Shown here: piece after piece, positions 56,801 to 64,000 of the stretch | Position numbering within the stretch: the stretch's first letter is position 1 | Layout of the letters: every line of letters starts with the position of its first letter | Virus record (IMG/VR): IMGVR_UViG_3300032227_001172 | Span: 64,001 to 128,000 of that record | Strand: one strand, 5' to 3' | Source of the DNA: a virus | Lineage: Duplodnaviria > Caudoviricetes | Length of the DNA stretch: 64,000 bases | Program-made: the position numbers and the translations under genes | The notes under the pieces: model-generated | What the model saw: only the letters and a program-made list of their open reading frames with translations | What the model was told of the DNA's origin: nothing | Database searches by the model: none

Positions 56801-59800
56801 TGTTACCATTAAAAAATACTTGTTGATTCTTTTTATAAGTATCACCACAATATAAATTATTTGTTCTAATATATGGTAAAATATACCAATTATGTGGCTC
56901 AATACTACTATAGGATGGATCTTCAGATACAATATATTGAGGTAATAATGTAGCACAATCTATACAATTATTAGCATCCAAACTTGGTAGTGGAGTATAC
57001 ACAAGAGAAACATCTTCTGGATTAATATATGGATAATAATCTTTAGTACTATTTAATGATATTGGACTTTCTAATAGGTATGGTTTTACCAAAACATCTG
57101 AAATAACATATGTCGATAGCTCCAAATCATTTACAAAATCTGTACTATTAGTACTATTGGTCAGTATCTCGATTCTAATTTTATCAAATCTTTTGATATT
57201 TAATGTAAGATCCAAAAACTTTTGTACGCTATTACCAGTTGTAAATATAAGAGTATTTGTAACAGGAACTTCTCTATTAACTAAATTTCTATAACGTTCT
57301 ACTTGTTCTTCAAAAGTAGTATGATAAATCTGTAAGCCACTATGATTACCGGATATATTATACAGGCCTTCTAGTTTTAGAGTATTATTATTGTGTCCTA
57401 AATATAAAAACTCTATATATTTTTTAGGAGTACTGCCAGAAACACTTAAATAGTTTCGATACGGCGAAGATGCTGAACCGATACCATTTATTGATAATGG
57501 AGTAAGGGGAACAGCAACAATTTGAGGACCAGTCTGGTACCATTGAGGCGGTACTACAGTATTTACTGTAGAGTTAGAATCAATTAAATAATAATCGACA
57601 TAGCCAATATCGGTAGGTGTAGCTTGTTTTAATATTCTAAGCCCACTCTGTATGATACTATTTCCTGTGCCAAAAATTGATGCATGTGTTATGTGTTCAT
57701 CTTGGATTAATCCAGTAATATTTGTTGAGATAATATTATGATTTTTGGGAATAATACCAGTAAAAGTAAATCCATCAACAATAGAATTAATTTCATATCC
57801 GTAAATAGAACTATGATTATGATTAATTAATAAACCAGACTGTAACCTATTAGTTAAATTGTTATTAATAATACAAGAACCGATAACGTCTTGGCTAACA
57901 GATAGTAATCCTGTAATTTTGATAATTTGTACAGTTGCTGTTGAGTCTAAGGACTTTGATGTTTCTAATAACAAAGAGTCTTTATAGGGCTCTAAGTCTA
58001 TCATAGAAGCAATACTACCTATATTAGTATCCTCTAATAAAGCATATAGTCGATCACTACTGTATGGTGTACCACTTGGGAATGTTACAACTATACTATC
58101 GAATGGCTGCAACATACCAGACTCTATAGAAAACGATAATTCTTTAGCGCTATGATTATATTGAAAATTGATATTTCTATATTGATCTATAAAACGATTA
58201 AAATTATATCTAATATCATATATGTTGGCATGATTATTAAATAAAGAACCAGTAAAAGCGATACCGTTAGTTAAGTATTTACCTTTAATATTTTGATCAT
58301 AATAATCTGGTCTACTAGTTTCTTTTAAGAAATAATTTTTAGAATCTGTAGTATATATTTTATTACCACTAATATTAATAATATCAAAAGTATAATCTTT
58401 AGGTTTAAGATTAACAGTATTGTTTATACCTTGTAAAGTAGTGGTAGTATTAAGAAACTCCACAGGCACTCTATTGATTATAGTTGAAGGAAGTTCTATA
58501 TATCCATGATTTTCATCTAATACAGCCTCAAAGGATCCGGTTCTACTACTACTAGAAGAGAACTGCACACCCATATTTGGCATCAAAAATGAATTATAAA
58601 TCTTAATATGATTAGAATCAACAATATCGATATCATTATATTGACCAATCTCAGGTAAAGCCAGTGATGGATTATTAGAATTTACAGCCCGTAAATAAAT
58701 ACTATTTTGATCCCTATTATCCAGATTGATATCTTTATTGAAATATAGATTGATGGTGCCAGTACCTGGTTCTGTATATATATCTACAAAACCAGTAATA
58801 TATCCACCACTGCCAATATGCGAAGATTCGAAACCTATATAACCAGATTTGTAAGTTGGTAAGCAAGTAATACTCGGAGGCTGTATGAAATTAGCAGATT
58901 TTAAACCACTAATAGGATAATTATTATCGTCAATAGAATCATAATATGTAATATTAGTAGTAGTAGTATTACCTAGAAAAGTGTCATTAATACGAATAAA
59001 TGATTTAGAGTTAATAAATGTAAATGGAATTAATTTACCCCAATTATAGTAATAACTATAGATAATATCTGATAGATCGATATCTGCTTCGTATATGAGT
59101 TTAAATTCCCCATACCTATTACCCGGATAAAGAATACATACATCTCCAGATCTAGCAGCAATTGCGTAATCGTGAACTATTGGTTCATTATTTTCTGCTA
59201 TAAAACCATCAAAAGTTGTAGCCATCAAACGACCATTGTCTTTAACTACATTATATTTATCCAATAATTCATAAGTAGTACTCAAAACAATACGCGTTCC
59301 ATGATGATTTTCTTGTGTAGATATAATTCTATTATTATTCTCTTCGTCAAGAATAAAATCATTTTCTGTTTTAATACGACAAAATTCTCCAGAACCAATA
59401 CCATATGCAGCAAAAACTGGGTTGTCAATAGGATCTCTAAATGACCAACTATCATAATTGTATTTAATATTACTGAATTGAAGATTTGTTTCTGTCGAGT
59501 TGTTGATATTATCTAAATTTGCAGCAGTATCTACATTGGGGGTTTCAGGTTTGTCTCTGGGAGTAAAAGATACTAAAGTATTTCCAATTAGAGCACCAAA
59601 ATGTCTGCTCACAAGATTTTTATTATTCTCGGTAATAATAAATTTTGGATCTGAGATATTTTCTGTCATCAATATATCTGGATATGGCCTAGCCCATAAA
59701 ATATTTTCTGTAAATGCATCAGCAACAATCAACCTGTCCTCTTCGCCATCTCCGGGTTCGTCTGTCTGAATGACAATACCTGTTGGCTCTGTCTCCATTT

Positions 59801-62800
59801 GCTCGGTAGCCATCCACATTGGAGTAAATAATGAATGTTTAATTACAATATCGTAACCTGTTTCAGTATTAATAGTATCTGGATAAACATCCGCTTCAAC
59901 TAGAAGAGCCTCTCTACCTCCAACAAACCATGCATAGTCATTATGAGATAAAATAGTAAATGTTCTTGGTAAAGAAATATGGCCCGATGTATTGATAGAC
60001 ATACCACTAAAAATATGGTTATCATAATTTTGATAGCCATCAGTTAAATATAAGTTCCCATCTATAAGACCTGGAGTACCAGACATCATAAAAGGTTTAT
60101 AGATATTTAAGGCTGTAAGATCTGTATTTAGATTTAAAAATGATGGAACACGTATCCGAGAAAACTGTTCAAGTAGATTGGATGTTCCAGATATGGTCGT
60201 GGTTGGGTATACTCTTTGTGTTGGTGTACACATTACAATATCAGAATTGGTAGTAAATAACCCATTAAATGTGTTGCTACCAGTAATGAATTCTAAATAA
60301 GGATCATAACCACCAACAGCACCTAAATAACTAATAATAGCTCCAGACGGAAGATTTTCATCTATAGTCGTAGAATTTAAAATAATATCAGTAATATTTG
60401 TATTATTACCATCAAAATATTCTAATGTTTGATAGTTTCTGTCTGTAATAGTTAGATAAAAATCTCTATAGATTGACCCAGAATTATTATTAGCAGTAGC
60501 TCTGATATTATACGTACCTAAATCATAGCCTTGTGGAGAACCACTAAAATTTAATGTACTACTATTAAAAAGTAACCAAGACGGTAGTGGTTTATTATTT
60601 TGTAAATTAGCAGAATATGATAACGGTCCTCCATTTTCCTCTACCCTAAATGTTTCAGAAGAAATATTAAAGTCACAAATATCATTAATATCTATCGTTT
60701 GATGAGGTATCTGTATCCAGCCATACGGCAAATTACTATTATTAACTGTGATAGTAAAGTTTTTTTCATAAAATTTATCTGATAGTTGATCTGTAGCTTT
60801 AATTCTGATATTAAAAATATTTTTATTTTCATAATTAAAAGCATATTTACTTTGTAAACGATATCTATCATTATGATTAATAATTTCAAAAACAGTATTA
60901 TCGTCGTCTCCATATCCAGAAGTTAGCTCGTATTTTATCGGAGAATAAGATAGATTTATTTGTTTCTCTAAACCAGTATGATAAATAATAATCTGGTCAT
61001 CTCCAAGACTATTTTTATACCTTGTATATATACATCGATATTTATTAAATAGGGTCTTATCAATTTCGAATGAACCATTAATAGATTGTTGATGTGTAAA
61101 AAATACAGAACCAGAATTATCTATCAAAGGTAAAACCTGAACTGGTCTGCCAGATGGATAGCTGCTTCTTTTAGGAATAGCCAAGTTGATAATAGATGTT
61201 GATGATAAATGACTATAATCATTATCAACAATAGTATTAGTATTATTAATGGAACCTAGGAGATAGTTTCCTGTTGTATATAGTAGACTATTATTAGGAA
61301 TATCTACGATATTTTGTGCATATGGTGTTTTGCCCTGAAATAGAGCATATATGCCCGTAAAGCTGGTTGTTAAAAATTGCTCTCCGTCTTGTTCAGTATC
61401 TATAAAAATTTTAGAACTGCGAGCAAATAGATTATGAGAAAAATCAATAGCATAAATATTAACTGGTCCAGTTAAGATTACTGTTGGTTGAGGTAGTCCT
61501 GTGCCTGTTGCAATCGGCGAGTTGGTAGAGATATGACTACTACTGAAAGATGTAACAAATCTACTAAATAAATAATCCCCAGACTGAATTAAAATAGGGC
61601 TTTCTCTACGTAAATATTTTAATATTGAGGTATCTGATAAACTACTAATATAACCATCACTATTAATAGTGGCACTAGTGCCAGAAACCATTAATAATTT
61701 ATCAACTTGACCTAAACTGTTCTGAGAAAGTTTGATATGAGCATAGTCTAGAGTTGTACCAGATGAATATGCAATATATCCACTATAGTATGGACGCTCT
61801 ACAAAAAAGGTGTCTTCGTTAGGAACAGAGTATACCTTATATCTGCTGTCAGGAATCGGCCAACCTGTTATATTCGTAAAAGATAAATCAACTACTGAAC
61901 CAACTTTAACTCCGTGATTCTTAGAAATAATCTGAATACCACGATTAGTAGTATTCATAGTAAAATTACCTGAATAGATTGGCTTATTTAAATCTAAAAC
62001 TAAATCACCATTATTGGTTTTGTAATAAGTGCCGGATAATGATTTATTAGTTTTTTCATATAAATAATAAGGTTCTGTATTTTGTGTTTGTAAAGTATTA
62101 AATTTAATTGGAGGATGTGTTACTGCAACATCCTGAAGTTGTCGTTGTCCATTAGTATGTTCAAAAGTATGATAATGATTTTTAAATTGTGAATTATTGA
62201 AAATTTCTAATTTTTTAGATACTTGTGGTTGTGTAGTTAAATTCACTACATTAGTTATATTATTTGAATCTCTAAAAGTAGCATTCTTGAAAATACCACT
62301 TTCAAATTTATATTGAGCCACTCCTGTACCAAAAGCTTTTGTAACTAATAGATCTAAATTATATGCAAAAGTTTTATTATCAGGAATAGTAATTGAGGGT
62401 TGTAGTCTGACCCAAGAATTTCCAGCTTCTGTTCCTGCCAAGTGCATACTAATCGTAGTATATTGTCCATGTTCTAGTCTTTGATTAGTTGCATTATCAT
62501 TAACATTAAAAACTCCATGAGCTATCTGCTTATTGGTATAAGCATAACCATAATCGCCTAAAGCAATAGAGTTGTTAGCATTAACTTTAGAATTACTATT
62601 AAATACCACAGAATTATTACCGGTGATAGCATTGTTGATTCCAACAATTAGATTATTATCTCCAACAACTACATGATTACTTCCTATAGAAACTGTTGCT
62701 TCGGCCTCGCTAATATTAGCATCACCTATAATTAAATTTTGATTATTATCTATAACAATATTATCAGCATTATTTTGATAAAGAACAGAATCATCAATTT

Positions 62801-64000
62801 TACCTGCTGGATCTCTGGTGTCATTAAATTTTGCAATATATCTGTTTGTTCCTTGTATATGATCAAACGTTACGTTTTGATAACTAAAAGATCCTGTAAT
62901 ATTTGCTGCATTACGATAGTATGATCCATGTTGATCATCTAAAAGATCGCTATTAAGATTAATAACTTTATTTGTATTACTACTAATAAAAAATGGAGGC
63001 TGAGTATTCCCAGCAGGATCATCTATACGAATCTGTTTACGAAAAGTGATTGTGTCTACAAAGACTTTTTGTCCATTGATATCTTCGTCACCTTGTTTTT
63101 TGACATACAACCCATCAGCTATGCTACGCAATAATATGGTCGATGAATTACCGTCTAAATTTTGTAAAATATAAACTGACTCAGCATTTCCTCCATTAAG
63201 ATCATCTTGATTACCTCCAGCATCCGTATCTGCTCCTGAAGCAAAAACATTGGTAACTAATCTTAGTTCATCAGATGCTGGGTAATAGGCCAGTATGCCG
63301 GTTTTTGTAGAATATAAACCACCATAAATAAAACTGACACCCCTAGGAGTATCTGGTAAAATTTGACTATTATTAGTAGCTAAAATTGGTAAATTATCAT
63401 ATATATTTAATTCACCATTTAAAAATATATCACCGTCTAACGTGGTTGTTCCCGCTATTGTCTTAAATCCCGTACTCGGTACCGGAGTATAACCCAAGGA
63501 AGAAATTATATCATTTTGATCAGCATAAAAAACTCCTGATATTAATCCATTTGCTCCTACACCCACTTTAGTATAAAGACCAGGAACAACAGATGATGGC
63601 AATATATTTGGGTTTAAAAATCCAGTTAGATTAGCAGCATTGCTATAATAGTTACTATGATATCCATCTAATAAATCTGCATCTAAATTAGAGCCAGCTC
63701 CATCATTACCAGGATGAAATGGTGTATAACCTAAAATTTCTATAATATCACTTGTTGTTAGACTTGTACCACTAACTACTCTACCTTTATCATCTGTTAA
63801 GATTTTAGAATATAAACCAGGAGTCCCTGTTGTGCTTAGTTTGATCAGATCATCTTCTACTATTATGTCTGCTGAAGAGGGTATATTGATTGCGACCGTA
63901 CCGTTAGGGATCTGTAAATTGCCGCCGCCAACTAAACCAGAACCAGCTACAATATTAACAGATACGCCGCTAAATAAAAAATTACCAGTTGCTATAGGAA
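50835..64000 (-). CDS. Giant tail fibre/adhesin, >=4388 aa, 5' end beyond the window
   Basis: The frame stays open from the track's TTG 'start' (63602) to the window edge: ...GLYSKILTDDKGRVVSGT...ILGYTPFHPGNDGAGSNLDADLLDGYHSNYY..., repeated as GLYTKVGVGANGLISG...SLGYTP and LNSDLLDDQHGSYY (classic fibre repeats). Then beta-roll repeats, cadherin/CADG and many Ig-like units. Confidence 0.88.
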   Translation of the reverse strand, partial: PIATGNFLFSGVSVNIVAGSGLVGGGNLQIPNGTVAINIPSSADIIVEDDLIKLSTTGTPGLYSKILTDDKGRVVSGTSLTTSDIIEILGYTPFHPGNDGAGSNLDADLLDGYHSNYYSNAANLTGFLNPNILPSSVVPGLYTKVGVGANGLISGVFYADQNDIISSLGYTPVPSTGFKTIAGTTTLDGDIFLNGELNIYDNLPILATNNSQILPDTPRGVSFIYGGLYSTKTGILAYYPASDELRLVTNVFASGADTDAGGNQDDLNGGNAESVYILQNLDGNSSTILLRSIADGLYVKKQGDEDINGQKVFVDTITFRKQIRIDDPAGNTQPPFFISSNTNKVINLNSDLLDDQHGSYYRNAANITGSFSYQNVTFDHIQGTNRYIAKFNDTRDPAGKIDDSVLYQNNADNIVIDNNQNLIIGDANISEAEATVSIGSNHVVVGDNNLIVGINNAITGNNSVVFNSNSKVNANNSIALGDYGYAYTNKQIAHGVFNVNDNATNQRLEHGQYTTISMHLAGTEAGNSWVRLQPSITIPDNKTFAYNLDLLVTKAFGTGVAQYKFESGIFKNATFRDSNNITNVVNLTTQPQVSKKLEIFNNSQFKNHYHTFEHTNGQRQLQDVAVTHPPIKFNTLQTQNTEPYYLYEKTNKSLSGTYYKTNNGDLVLDLNKPIYSGNFTMNTTNRGIQIISKNHGVKVGSVVDLSFTNITGWPIPDSRYKVYSVPNEDTFFVERPYYSGYIAYSSGTTLDYAHIKLSQNSLGQVDKLLMVSGTSATINSDGYISSLSDTSILKYLRRESPILIQSGDYLFSRFVTSFSSSHISTNSPIATGTGLPQPTVILTGPVNIYAIDFSHNLFARSSKIFIDTEQDGEQFLTTSFTGIYALFQGKTPYAQNIVDIPNNSLLYTTGNYLLGSINNTNTIVDNDYSHLSSTSIINLAIPKRSSYPSGRPVQVLPLIDNSGSVFFTHQQSINGSFEIDKTLFNKYRCIYTRYKNSLGDDQIIIYHTGLEKQINLSYSPIKYELTSGYGDDDNTVFEIINHNDRYRLQSKYAFNYENKNIFNIRIKATDQLSDKFYEKNFTITVNNSNLPYGWIQIPHQTIDINDICDFNISSETFRVEENGGPLSYSANLQNNKPLPSWLLFNSSTLNFSGSPQGYDLGTYNIRATANNNSGSIYRDFYLTITDRNYQTLEYFDGNNTNITDIILNSTTIDENLPSGAIISYLGAVGGYDPYLEFITGSNTFNGLFTTNSDIVMCTPTQRVYPTTTISGTSNLLEQFSRIRVPSFLNLNTDLTALNIYKPFMMSGTPGLIDGNLYLTDGYQNYDNHIFSGMSINTSGHISLPRTFTILSHNDYAWFVGGREALLVEADVYPDTINTETGYDIVIKHSLFTPMWMATEQMETEPTGIVIQTDEPGDGEEDRLIVADAFTENILWARPYPDILMTENISDPKFIITENNKNLVSRHFGALIGNTLVSFTPRDKPETPNVDTAANLDNINNSTETNLQFSNIKYNYDSWSFRDPIDNPVFAAYGIGSGEFCRIKTENDFILDEENNNRIISTQENHHGTRIVLSTTYELLDKYNVVKDNGRLMATTFDGFIAENNEPIVHDYAIAARSGDVCILYPGNRYGEFKLIYEADIDLSDIIYSYYYNWGKLIPFTFINSKSFIRINDTFLGNTTTTNITYYDSIDDNNYPISGLKSANFIQPPSITCLPTYKSGYIGFESSHIGSGGYITGFVDIYTEPGTGTINLYFNKDINLDNRDQNSIYLRAVNSNNPSLALPEIGQYNDIDIVDSNHIKIYNSFLMPNMGVQFSSSSSRTGSFEAVLDENHGYIELPSTIINRVPVEFLNTTTTLQGINNTVNLKPKDYTFDIINISGNKIYTTDSKNYFLKETSRPDYYDQNIKGKYLTNGIAFTGSLFNNHANIYDIRYNFNRFIDQYRNINFQYNHSAKELSFSIESGMLQPFDSIVVTFPSGTPYSSDRLYALLEDTNIGSIASMIDLEPYKDSLLLETSKSLDSTATVQIIKITGLLSVSQDVIGSCIINNNLTNRLQSGLLINHNHSSIYGYEINSIVDGFTFTGIIPKNHNIISTNITGLIQDEHITHASIFGTGNSIIQSGLRILKQATPTDIGYVDYYLIDSNSTVNTVVPPQWYQTGPQIVAVPLTPLSINGIGSASSPYRNYLSVSGSTPKKYIEFLYLGHNNNTLKLEGLYNISGNHSGLQIYHTTFEEQVERYRNLVNREVPVTNTLIFTTGNSVQKFLDLTLNIKRFDKIRIEILTNSTNSTDFVNDLELSTYVISDVLVKPYLLESPISLNSTKDYYPYINPEDVSLVYTPLPSLDANNCIDCATLLPQYIVSEDPSYSSIEPHNWYILPYIRTNNLYCGDTYKKNQQVFFNGNIIRINELDTIKSFSQENDEFLITSLNGSSISSTGVVKHISKFNVTSEFNIISGISINGNLSIPPKPTGINSYRFDLVKENTIRYNSPLGISHNLFLPSRGNISVIKATSGQINVLNYNNLYYNTYGGISSYYPLDTTGKFVQPPQTGRFSISFDSSLCTSGTLCVHITGYNTPRFTGVYPGKTLFFDFNDGAPELTQQYTINDLLQINTLSINIPYNSNHIGKSGIVYIIDSVQNIKSHLNPNIDNGLIQSNGSLQGLPINPKVFDYYDYDSKTWKHTAHLRGNQPPFTGYNISLSSTPSKFYSINPNTIKIDKIQYSFGNLNNFNSLDNHLIIPDNIKEVIFKITTKDGDLSLFDIQRFSIPKIGMSGVGIYQLEFNEPGYFGWNGSGWNIGLRWNPPVEYYANRELQLYVSDLTGRDDYNFTISQRQLPNITPFYPTGYVGSGNMWKMGFDLSKIDVDSKLIANELFLELTNVPDSNHYSLYYADDRSVMYSGDTRGVQTGLYPIVLTAKDITSTPYVTLGVATGFIKVLNHISSRPDHNLQFNNLTSTYYINLIDQDNVIFDIPAELGPLPNEVINSFNLTFNTSNQYSLAISSSSYDYDTERFRVIAIPKTTGQNPVYKDTSGRFINQSVSVSLKQPIYDIFGNYIYQTYNKNAGFNIVFYKPLIFEGIPQQNILDFDIDEPWSIEFYISSGITEHDQNNRPNAKIINAPNLGTYETDIPQYSLDYQYDSILKKWKVQAVATKDSLGRFIGSTGLYPLTIFIEDEYSGNVINKDYSIRYNPITKMKNISSTVYTTPNNEFFTKVDMLDLNSNAPDKISFPAILKESSISLPNININRKYDTDLNIWTNSYISTKMTDKYDARLVVEGSTVSVECKGVGKDKIMAVGKLSTMEIESNELAGIPLKITGITSYSSDPTAAIQVSQGNAAWELQFKTIGGLAHANYPPTIILDNMPTFCTGFNPLEDTRLQCLIGPPVWNPLDQGGSWSYRFVGIPSCILLGRKEFSITAIDTDTSLLPLSPYLPDTDQVSFAFNYNQGVFIGNPPSIVDNPDYSAMTTIKPLCNTTYYTKQLDFGPGTAALCSIPTGIKSFSVSGSVPSGLSYSIYFPEEANQPVAPYSNLGSGYVRIEGYPTEFANGGQYSEQLLLTVTDARDRTVQQTVTFTDSSSSFDPDVGITVYFSTDIPTLTPKSGLKPILSSAANAWIPPALPESLVCRSILPHNKCVSSDVLFSGTEQTNSLTIYLSQPGQSDTNKLINTNDIIYIGFDQDNNGNDGTYQIYSDQKGKYINGKESLQNPGQTAPITGYARVVISDYRTIGLDNFDNFFAAGNINNNTTACLLGAGRASYDQSVPNGNNRGLLGLLVPSHQASLTGSQPFSQSDSKLSNLVLNRINNQVNIVSAVSWSDCWQTGNLYISGIVLPKITVEIVDPPPAQDYYFSFNGVRFALATKLAFGDNATQRLIPENERYGSLRYQLLDLMSNSILQQGSVGAGSSFDTNILSRASGTIYKINIIKDSDTFPTYNVNALPGAENSYIWPHKGDNLLTVPTNTTFAPILTDGFNSISVINSLTDQDPNGIVMEPLMGLAVGGYIPDDAGIGNSIPYNWSGNNAVSGAWTTEDYLPIISGIIQQPLLKNSILGRNASYTITNGSGSIVMSNTNISANDTMDLKLYTTSNGITTLIYNSFVGVSIDNIVGNNFVFPINLGPSPLNCTAHIDFKAVIENVDLVNNQLILRDNFTYSIGDSIGVDLNNFVSSELNLLEENGYVTVTTSNNNRVYLSNTNPSTGWLKHFSSGNLVSVYKNIDDNIKIMPYNISYLTEGKYAFQITGRSNTRENEDLIYKIATMENPNMPVFDTGNYPSVGILPKKHFQNYPLYINKPIKINTSTVNKTGNLLTFSIEGGKRPLRSNIVDIQLAPGINGDYGYCGFWRQTTEESTFIKDEYDSVNDRLNVKLILSPDYGFNWSTQDTIKIRIADETGVDTYMYTF

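Noticed and set aside
1373-62924. All short plus-strand ORFs and short alternative-frame minus-strand ORFs in the track (60-145 aa)
   Set aside because: Each lies wholly inside a long minus-strand gene and shows no recognisable motif; they read as antisense or off-frame shadows.
63600-63602. TTG start assigned to the 4255-aa ORF
   Set aside because: The frame is open to the window edge and the upstream sequence encodes further fibre repeats, so this is an internal Leu.
1-64000. tRNA, rRNA, integrase, transposase or sheath genes
   Set aside because: Intergenic gaps are all under 90 nt and none shows such structure; no ORF carries the relevant motifs.

Overview
This window is the neck/tail morphogenesis module of a very large, AT-rich tailed phage. 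Every credible gene is on the minus strand, tightly packed, in standard code 11 (TAA, TAG and TGA all act as stops), and most have Shine-Dalgarno sites. In transcription order (right to left): a giant tail-fibre/adhesin that runs off the right edge (>=4388 aa), four more fibre/lectin proteins (collagen, FN3, LamG, Mtd_N, YHYH, cadherin), three neck/completion proteins, a tail tube protein with an internally duplicated domain, three probable tail-assembly genes, an intrinsic terminator, a 5078-aa tape measure protein (TMP), a beta-roll tail fibre, two paralogous distal-tail-like proteins, a hub-like pair, and a Cys-rich ORF of >2590 aa that runs off the left edge and is missing from the supplied ORF track. 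No sheath gene is visible. The stand-out is the TMP, which is built like a polyprotein. About 17 short, mostly tandem Gly-Gly junction motifs and five copies (plus one permuted double copy) of a ~50-aa 'GTDTVPAMLTPGEFVVN' module delimit unrelated cargo domains. These are a putative His-Me nuclease, an HYE-type ADP-ribosyltransferase, a HAD phosphatase, a PD-(D/E)xK nuclease-like domain, a VIP2/Alt-like ADP-ribosyltransferase, glycine-zipper membrane segments and two HExxH metallopeptidases. I interpret this as a candidate tail-lumen effector-delivery system. All domain calls come from motifs read by eye; no database searches were run, so novelty is unverified.
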